Assembly (NCBI RefSeq): GCF_033971905.1
Contig: NZ_JALBUT010000004.1
Location: 136,942 to 200,941, forward strand
Origin: Intestinicryptomonas porci
GTDB taxonomy: Bacteria > Verrucomicrobiota > Verrucomicrobiia > Opitutales > Intestinicryptomonadaceae
Direction of reading: 5' to 3'
Length of the DNA stretch: 64,000 bases
Numbering within the stretch: position 1 is the first letter of the stretch; each line of letters begins with the position of its first letter. A program made the position numbers and the translations under genes. Shown here piece by piece: positions 57,445-64,000 of the stretch. The notes under the pieces were generated by a model, which worked only from the letters and a program-made list of their open reading frames with translations, did not search any database and was not told the origin of the DNA.

Positions 57445-59622
57445 ATGAAAATATTTAAAACCGCAATTTATTGGATTGCCGCCCTTTCGGCGTCAGCGCT
57501 TTCGGCAGGCGAAAAAACAGACTTCGTAAATCCGTTTATCGGCACAGCCTACACGGGGCACGCGCTTCCGGGAGCCTGCGTGCCGTTCGGGCTTGTGCAG
57601 GCGTCTCCCGACACGGGCAACAGCTCATGGAAATACTGCTCGGGCTACAACTATGACGACAACAAAATTTACAGGTTTTCACAAACGCACCTAAACGGCA
57701 CGGGCGTCGCCGACTTGGGGGACGCCGCCATAATGCCGCTTCTAAAATGCGCAAAAACCGAAAACTTCCGCAGCTCTTTCGACAAGAAAAACGAAAAGGC
57801 AAGCCCCGGGTATTACAGCGTCTATCTAAACGATGCAAAGGCGTTTGTTGAAATCACCGCAACGGAAAGAGTCGCCGTTTACAGAATTATTTTTGACGAT
57901 CCGCAAAAGGCAATGCTTCTTTTTGACAATCAGTACGGACTGATTTCGGGCGAAAAAACCTTCACCTATAACACAGTTTCGGGCAAGGTGAATTTTGAAT
58001 CTCCCAAACTCATTACCGGCGAGAGAAAAACCAAGATGTGGGTTTCGAGGGAAGTTTACTTCGCCGCCTCTTTCAGCTCCGAAATAAAAGAAAAAAAGCT
58101 TCTGCCGAAAATCCGCGATGATGAAAAGTCGGAGCGTTATGCGCTTGAATTCAACTTGCCCGAAAGCGGGGAGCTAATCGTAAAAATCGCAATTTCAACC
58201 ACGGGAATAGATGGCGCAAAGAAAAATTTGCAGGCGGAAGCCCAAAACCTGTCCTTCGACCAAATTCAAAAAAATTCGCGCGATAAATGGGAAAAACTGC
58301 TGTCCAAAATAGACGCAAAAGGAGACAAGGCGCAGCTTGAAAATTTCTACACGAGCCTATACCGCAATTTTATCCAGCCAAACAACATCGCCGATGTTGA
58401 CGGAATGTACAGGGGCGCGGACGGCAAAGTCGCAAAAGCCCCGAACGGAGCGTACTATTCGACCTTTTCACTTTGGGATACTTTCAGGGCGTCGCATCCG
58501 CTATACACCATTTTGACTCCCGAAAAAGTGGAGGATTTCGCACAATCCATGCTTCTACACTTCGATGCGTTTGGAAAACTCCCAAAATGGACGCTCTGGG
58601 GGCAGGAAAATTACTGCATGATTGCAAACCACTCCATCGCAGTCCTTGCTGAAGCGAACGAAAAAGGCATAAAAATAGACCTGCCAAAGGCTTTGAAAGC
58701 GGCAATAAAAACTTCCGATTTCGGCGATGACTATGAAAAACTCGGCTACTTTCCTTTCGACCAAAAGCGCGGGGCGTCGGTTGCGAGAACCTTGGAATGC
58801 GCCTATGACGACTATTGCGTTTATCTCCTGGCAAGAGCAGCGGGCAATAAAAACGAGTCGGAACGCTTTTTGAAACGCTCGAAGTTTTACAAAAATCTCT
58901 TTGATAAATCTACCGGCTTTATGCGCGGCAAGGATTCAAACGGCAACTGGCGGGAGCCTTTCGACGAATTTAAATTTCCCAACGGGGGCGGTTGCGGAAG
59001 AGACTATATAGAGGGCAACGCCCTGCAATACTCTTGGCACGTCAACCAAGATTTCGACGGGCTGATAAAGCTTTTCGGCGGCAATGAAAAAACCGCCATG
59101 GCTCTTGAAAAACTCTTTTCGGCGGACGAACACAAAGAAGATGCGGGGCATTCGGACGATGCCACGGGAAGAATCGGTCAGTACGCGCACGGCAACGAGC
59201 CGAGCCACCATGTGATATACTCTTTCAGCCTGCTTGGAAAGCCGCACCGCACGCAGGAGCTTGTCCGCGAGGTATTCGACAAGTTTTACATAAACAAGCC
59301 CGACGGGCTTTGCGGCAACGACGACTGCGGGCAGATGAGCGCATGGCATATTTTTAGCGCAATGGGCTTTTATCCGTTCAATCCCGCGTCGGCGGAATAC
59401 GTTTTGGGCGCTCCGCAAATACCCGAAGCGCAAATAAATCTTCCCAACGGAAAAACATTTAAAATGTACGCAAAAAACCTCTCCCCGAAAAACAAGTACG
59501 TCAAAAAAGCGACTTTAAACGGAGTTGAAATAAAGAACGCAAAAATCTCGCATTCCGACATCTTAAACGGCTCTACGCTCGTTTTTGAAATGTCCGACAA
59601 GCCCGATCTGCAAAAGGAATAA
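57445..59622 (+). CDS. glycoside hydrolase family 92 (alpha-1,2-mannosidase-like), exported
   Basis: A signal peptide is followed by DFVNPFIGTAYTGH, the GH92 N-terminal signature. The product is 725 aa. Confidence 0.8.
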   Translation: MKIFKTAIYWIAALSASALSAGEKTDFVNPFIGTAYTGHALPGACVPFGLVQASPDTGNSSWKYCSGYNYDDNKIYRFSQTHLNGTGVADLGDAAIMPLLKCAKTENFRSSFDKKNEKASPGYYSVYLNDAKAFVEITATERVAVYRIIFDDPQKAMLLFDNQYGLISGEKTFTYNTVSGKVNFESPKLITGERKTKMWVSREVYFAASFSSEIKEKKLLPKIRDDEKSERYALEFNLPESGELIVKIAISTTGIDGAKKNLQAEAQNLSFDQIQKNSRDKWEKLLSKIDAKGDKAQLENFYTSLYRNFIQPNNIADVDGMYRGADGKVAKAPNGAYYSTFSLWDTFRASHPLYTILTPEKVEDFAQSMLLHFDAFGKLPKWTLWGQENYCMIANHSIAVLAEANEKGIKIDLPKALKAAIKTSDFGDDYEKLGYFPFDQKRGASVARTLECAYDDYCVYLLARAAGNKNESERFLKRSKFYKNLFDKSTGFMRGKDSNGNWREPFDEFKFPNGGGCGRDYIEGNALQYSWHVNQDFDGLIKLFGGNEKTAMALEKLFSADEHKEDAGHSDDATGRIGQYAHGNEPSHHVIYSFSLLGKPHRTQELVREVFDKFYINKPDGLCGNDDCGQMSAWHIFSAMGFYPFNPASAEYVLGAPQIPEAQINLPNGKTFKMYAKNLSPKNKYVKKATLNGVEIKNAKISHSDILNGSTLVFEMSDKPDLQKE

Positions 59623-59664
59623 AATTGTATTGAAAAAAAACGCATTTGATTTAGCTTAAAAAAA

Positions 59665-60576
59665 ATGAAAAATAATTCCGTTTTAGTTTACGGCTCGGTT
59701 GCTTACGACTCCATAGAAACGCCCTTTGACAAGGCAGAATACATACTTGGCGGCTCCGCATCATATGCGGCGCTTGCGGTTTCTTTCTTTGCGCCCGCAA
59801 ACATAGTGGCTATCGTCGGCTCTGACTTCAAGGAAGACGATATAAGAAGGCTGTCGGCAAGAGGAGTCGGCTTGGAAGGGCTTGAAATAAAAGACGGCAA
59901 ACAGACTTTCTTTTGGAGGGGAAAATACCACCATAATTTCAACAAGCGCGACACTCTTGAAACGCGCCTTGGCATCATGGAAAATTACGAGCCCAAAATC
60001 CCGCAAAGCCTGTGCAATTCGCCCTATGTGCTTTTGGCGAATTCGAGCCCCGAAAGCCAGTTGAAAGTTTTGGACGCAATTAAAAATCCCAAGTTCGTTG
60101 TTCTCGACACCATGAATTTATGGATTGAAATCGCGCAAAAAGAATTGAAAGACCTCATAAAACGCGTCGATTTGCTCATTTTAAATGATTCGGAAGCCCA
60201 AGAGCTTGCGGGTGAAAACAATACTATCGTCTGCGGCGACATTCTTCGCGAAATGGGCGCAAAAAGCGTAATCATCAAAAAAGGCGAACACGGAGCAATG
60301 CTCTTTCACGAAAGCGGATTTTTCACGATTGCTTCATACCCCGTGCGCAAGCTTGTTGACCCTACAGGGGCGGGAGATTCTTTCGCGGGCGCGCTAATCG
60401 GGCATATCGCAAAAGAAGACAAAACAGACTTTGAGTCCATAAAGCGCGCAATGCTTGCGGCAACGGCGACGGCTTCAATAACGGTCGAATCGTTCTCCTG
60501 CCTCAAATTGGAGGAAGAGGGAATTGAAGAAATTAAAAAACGCGAAAACTTCATAAGGGAAATCAGCAGAATATGA
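59665..60576 (+). CDS. PfkB-family carbohydrate kinase
   Basis: The C-terminal ATP-binding motif DPTGAGDSFAGAL is present. Confidence 0.75.
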   Translation: MKNNSVLVYGSVAYDSIETPFDKAEYILGGSASYAALAVSFFAPANIVAIVGSDFKEDDIRRLSARGVGLEGLEIKDGKQTFFWRGKYHHNFNKRDTLETRLGIMENYEPKIPQSLCNSPYVLLANSSPESQLKVLDAIKNPKFVVLDTMNLWIEIAQKELKDLIKRVDLLILNDSEAQELAGENNTIVCGDILREMGAKSVIIKKGEHGAMLFHESGFFTIASYPVRKLVDPTGAGDSFAGALIGHIAKEDKTDFESIKRAMLAATATASITVESFSCLKLEEEGIEEIKKRENFIREISRI

Positions 60577-61832
60577 CGCTTGAAGAAACAGTTTTAGACA
60601 TCGCAAAACGCTCCAGAAAAGCCGCCTTAAAGCTTGCAGTCGCAAGTTCCGAGGCAAAAAATGCGGCTCTTTTGAGGCTCGCCGACTTAATTGAAGAAAA
60701 CGAAGCGCAAATCGTTTCGGAAAACTTGAAGGACTTGGAGGGCGCAAAAGATATTTCCGATGCTTTCAAAGACAGGCTCACCCTAAACCGAAAGCGCATT
60801 CTTGCAATGGCTGAAGGCGTCCGCCAAGTAGCCGCCCTGCCCGACCCCGTCGGCAGAATTTTGGAGGAAAAAACGCGTCCGAACGGATTGAAAATCCAAA
60901 AAATTCAAACCCCGATAGGCGTCATAGCAATCATATTTGAAAGCAGGCCCAATGTTACGATTGACTGCGCGGCTCTCTGCCTAAAAAGCGGCAACGCCTC
61001 TATTTTGCGCGGCGGCAAGGAAGCGTTCAACTCGAACATTTGCCTGTCAAAGCTAATCTCTCAAGCTCTTTCGGAAACGGGTCTTGACGGCGACTGCGTG
61101 CAGATAATCCCAACACCCGACCGCGCGGCGATGAACACCCTTTTGAAGCTCGATTCCTATGTAAACTGCATTATACCAAGGGGTGGAGAAAAGCTCATAC
61201 GCTTTGTCGTTGAAAACTCAACAATCCCCGTCATAAAGCACTACAAGGGTGTCTGCAACATATTTATCGACAAGGATGCCGACGTAAAAAAAGCGGTTGA
61301 AATTTCCGTAAACGCAAAATGCCAGCGTCCGGGCACTTGCAACGCGGCGGAAAACCTGCTCGCTATGCGCGGAGCTGAAAGCGCGTTTTTGGAAGTCGCC
61401 CGCGCGCTTGCCGATAATAATGTGGAAATCCGTGCGACAAAAGAAGTTAAGGAATTTCTAAACAAGCATTCCATTCCGTCTGTCGATGCTTCCGAAGAAG
61501 ACTTTTACACGGAATATTGCGCGCTTGTGATTTCCGCAACATTCGTAAAAGATGTTGACGATGCGATAAAATTCATAAACGAGCATAGTTCGGGACATTC
61601 CGAAGCCATAATAACGGAAAACGAAAAAAATGCCGAAAAATTCCTAAACGGCGTAGATTCCGCCTGCGTTTATTGGAACGCCTCAACGCGCTTTACCGAC
61701 GGCTTTGAATTCGGTTTGGGTGCTGAAATCGGCATTTCAACCGACAAGCTTCACGCAAGAGGTCCCATGGGCTTGAACGAACTTTGCAGCCACAAATACA
61801 AAATTTTCGGCAAAGGGCAAACCAGAAGCTAA
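60573..61832 (+). CDS. proA: gamma-glutamyl phosphate reductase
   Basis: The aldehyde-dehydrogenase-fold ProA region IIFESRPNVTIDCAALCLKSGNASILRGGKEA is present; the product is 419 aa. Confidence 0.85.
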   Translation: MTLEETVLDIAKRSRKAALKLAVASSEAKNAALLRLADLIEENEAQIVSENLKDLEGAKDISDAFKDRLTLNRKRILAMAEGVRQVAALPDPVGRILEEKTRPNGLKIQKIQTPIGVIAIIFESRPNVTIDCAALCLKSGNASILRGGKEAFNSNICLSKLISQALSETGLDGDCVQIIPTPDRAAMNTLLKLDSYVNCIIPRGGEKLIRFVVENSTIPVIKHYKGVCNIFIDKDADVKKAVEISVNAKCQRPGTCNAAENLLAMRGAESAFLEVARALADNNVEIRATKEVKEFLNKHSIPSVDASEEDFYTEYCALVISATFVKDVDDAIKFINEHSSGHSEAIITENEKNAEKFLNGVDSACVYWNASTRFTDGFEFGLGAEIGISTDKLHARGPMGLNELCSHKYKIFGKGQTRS

Positions 61833-61838
61833 AAGTTT

Positions 61839-62495
61839 ATGCGATACATATTCCGCTTGTTCAAAAGAAATCCGATAGCGTTTGTAATTTCTTCAATTCT
61901 CACGCTCGCCACGATGCTGTCAATTATCGCCTCTTTGGCAATAATAATGGTGGCAATTTTGGCGCCCAGAATTTTGCAGGAAGATTTTTCTGAAAAAACA
62001 GGATTCTTTTTGTCAACCGAAAAGCTTTTCGTAAACATAATATCGGGCGAAGTGGAAATAAACAATTTGCGGATTTCCCCTCCAAAAGAGTACAATGAAA
62101 GCAACTTTTTGACGGCAAAGCGCGTGAAGTTCAAAATAGACCCGATAAAATTTTTCAACGGCAAAATTTTGATAACCGAGTTTGAAATGGATGCGGAGCA
62201 TTTAAATTGTGTAAAGATTTCCGCGGCGAAATATTCAATCCGCGATTTTATTTACGCTTTTCCGGGTTTTGCGGAGTTTGCAGACGACGATAAATTCAAA
62301 TCGATTTCCATGATGATAGAAAAAATCGACTATATCGACAAGTCTGACGCAAAAATTCCGCTTCGGTGGACTTCAAAAAAAGAATTTAACATCACTCTAA
62401 ACGACATCAAAAGCCCCACGCTCACAAGAAAAATAGTCGGAGAGGCTCTTGAAGAGTCCGGCGCAAACTTTGTTTTGCAAGGCGTTAACTTATAG
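61839..62495 (+). CDS. membrane-anchored hypothetical protein
   Basis: The 218-aa product has an N-terminal TM helix and then a soluble domain with no recognisable motif. Confidence 0.35.
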   Translation: MRYIFRLFKRNPIAFVISSILTLATMLSIIASLAIIMVAILAPRILQEDFSEKTGFFLSTEKLFVNIISGEVEINNLRISPPKEYNESNFLTAKRVKFKIDPIKFFNGKILITEFEMDAEHLNCVKISAAKYSIRDFIYAFPGFAEFADDDKFKSISMMIEKIDYIDKSDAKIPLRWTSKKEFNITLNDIKSPTLTRKIVGEALEESGANFVLQGVNL

Positions 62496-62503
62496 AAATT
62501 CCC

Positions 62504-63097
62504 ATGATAAAAACAGTAATTCTCGCAAGCGGCAAAGGCTCGAACGCGAAAAAAATCCTCGAATGCCAAAAACTCGGCAAGCTCCCCAACATAGAAATTG
62601 TCGCGCTAATTAGCGACAAAGAAGACGCCAACGCGTTGAAAATAGCCAAGGAATTCGGCGTAAAAAGCGTGTATCTCGACCCCATGAGAAAGGGAGCATT
62701 TTTCAGCGAAGAAGGTGCAAAGTTTTACTTGGAAAACCTCGAATTTTTATGCGCGGATTTTATAGTTTTGGCGGGATTTATGAGAATACTGCCCCCGTCC
62801 ATAACTTCAAAATACGCAAACAAAATCATAAACCTGCACCCGAGCCTCCTGCCTTCGTTCAAGGGGAAGGACGCCATAAAACAGGCGTTTGACTGCGGAG
62901 TAAAAATAACGGGATGCACGGTGCATTTTGTAAATGACGAACTCGACGGTGGAAAAATCATCGACCAAAAAGCGGTTGAAATTATGCCCGAAGACACGCT
63001 TGAAAGCCTTGAAGAAAAAGTGCACGCCGCAGAACATGTCTTGCTACCCTCTGTCATCGCCAAAATAGGCGAAGGCAAAATTCCTTTGGGCAAATAA
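62504..63097 (+). CDS. purN: phosphoribosylglycinamide formyltransferase
   Basis: The N-terminus MIKTVILASGKGSNAKKILE and the formyltransferase motif NLHPSLLPSFKG are present. Confidence 0.85.
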   Translation: MIKTVILASGKGSNAKKILECQKLGKLPNIEIVALISDKEDANALKIAKEFGVKSVYLDPMRKGAFFSEEGAKFYLENLEFLCADFIVLAGFMRILPPSITSKYANKIINLHPSLLPSFKGKDAIKQAFDCGVKITGCTVHFVNDELDGGKIIDQKAVEIMPEDTLESLEEKVHAAEHVLLPSVIAKIGEGKIPLGK

Positions 63098-63128
63098 AAA
63101 GTGCGCGCTTAAAAAACAAGAAGCCGAT

Positions 63129-64000
63129 TTATTCGCTTTTCTTTAAGCGCGGAGCCAAGAATGCCACCGAAAGCCCGACAAGCAGTATAAGCGCAAATGC
63201 GCTTCTAAGTCCAAACGCCTCCGAAACATACCCGATTAGCGGAGGTCCCATCAAAAATCCCAAAAAGCCGATGCTAGAAACGCCCGTAAGCGCAATACCC
63301 GTCGGCAAATTTTTTGACTTGCCCGCAAGGCTGTAGCATAGCGGAACAATGCTTGAAACGCCAAGCCCCACAAGGGCAAACCCAAGAGCAGAAACAATCA
63401 CGCTTGGAACTAAAACGGCGATGAAAAGCCCCGAAGCTATAAGAATACCGCTCGCTTGCACGACCCTTATTGCGCCGAACTTCATCACAAATTTATCGGC
63501 CATAAACCTGCCTGACGCCATCATGCTCATAAAGCAGATAAAGCCGTATCTTATATGGCTTGCGTCGGCTTTTACAACGTCCTGAAAATATATCACGCTC
63601 CAATCAAACATCGTGCCTTCGCAAGACATGCTGCCAAAAGCGATGAAGCCCAAAATCACTATGTATTTGTCGAAAATAAATTTGAATTTTTGTAAAACAG
63701 GCTCTTTTTCGGAATCGGATTTCGGCGCACCGCTTTCCAAGCTTTTGGCGTCGCTTGGCAATAGATGCGGGCGCATAAAAAACAAAGTTAAAACCGCCAA
63801 AACGCCCATCATCGAAAAATGCTGAAACGGAGTTGCGCCCCACTTTACTATTTGGGTTGACGCAAGCCCGCCCAAAAACCCCGCAAGACTCCACACGCCG
63901 TGGAAAGTCGCCATAATGCTGCGCTTGTAGATTTTTTCAACCCCCACAGCCTGCGTGTTTATTGAAATATTGCACAAATTGCAGGCTATGCCGAAAAAGA
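63129..64000 (-). CDS. MFS-type transporter (3' part; the N-terminus lies beyond the window end)
   Basis: Multiple TM helices run from the window edge, and the product ends ...LAPRLKKSE. Confidence 0.55.
   Translation of the reverse strand, partial: FFGIACNLCNISINTQAVGVEKIYKRSIMATFHGVWSLAGFLGGLASTQIVKWGATPFQHFSMMGVLAVLTLFFMRPHLLPSDAKSLESGAPKSDSEKEPVLQKFKFIFDKYIVILGFIAFGSMSCEGTMFDWSVIYFQDVVKADASHIRYGFICFMSMMASGRFMADKFVMKFGAIRVVQASGILIASGLFIAVLVPSVIVSALGFALVGLGVSSIVPLCYSLAGKSKNLPTGIALTGVSSIGFLGFLMGPPLIGYVSEAFGLRSAFALILLVGLSVAFLAPRLKKSE

Noticed and set aside
1-64000. Searched for tRNA, rRNA, CRISPR arrays, transposases, integrases and phage genes.
   Set aside because: No tRNA T-arm/acceptor patterns, no direct-repeat arrays, and no recombinase or transposase-like ORFs were found. 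The only repeats are the 20-bp inverted pair and the PEP-CTERM 3' duplicate.

Overview
This 64-kb window reads as mostly core chromosome from a low-GC Gram-negative bacterium. The gene content (LpxC-FabZ fusion, Bacteroides-type frdCAB, class II RNR, several glycoside hydrolases but no SusC/SusD) suggests an FCB-group-like organism, possibly Fibrobacterota, but the phylum cannot be fixed from sequence alone. Housekeeping genes include purL (5'-truncated), nrdJ, frdCAB, lpxA plus lpxC-fabZ, clpB, prs, argS, proA and purN. The one clear system is a ~12.9-kb, tightly packed aryl-polyene (APE)/flexirubin-like type-II FAS-style lipid gene cluster at about 6.4-19.3 kb. It is organised as two convergent operons whose terminal stop codons overlap. 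It carries 2 KAS, a hotdog dehydratase, a ketoreductase, a short KS/CLF-like protein, tandem ACPs, an adenylating ligase fused to a dehydratase, a thioesterase, a GT2, LpxL-like and PlsC-like acyltransferases, a LolA-like protein, an MMPL exporter and a GNAT. Other notable points are: a serpin adjacent to an exported HtrA-like protease; a PEP-CTERM-type secreted protein whose 3' end is duplicated as a degraded remnant about 4 kb away, next to a 20-bp perfect inverted-repeat pair; an alpha/beta-hydrolase gene interrupted by an in-frame TGA; an exported RpiB-fold protein with a degenerate active-site motif; a CorA-family protein with GMS in place of GMN; and dispersed N-glycan-type glycosidases (2x GH92, GH2, GH20-like, NagA). 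No tRNA, rRNA, CRISPR, transposase or integrase was found.
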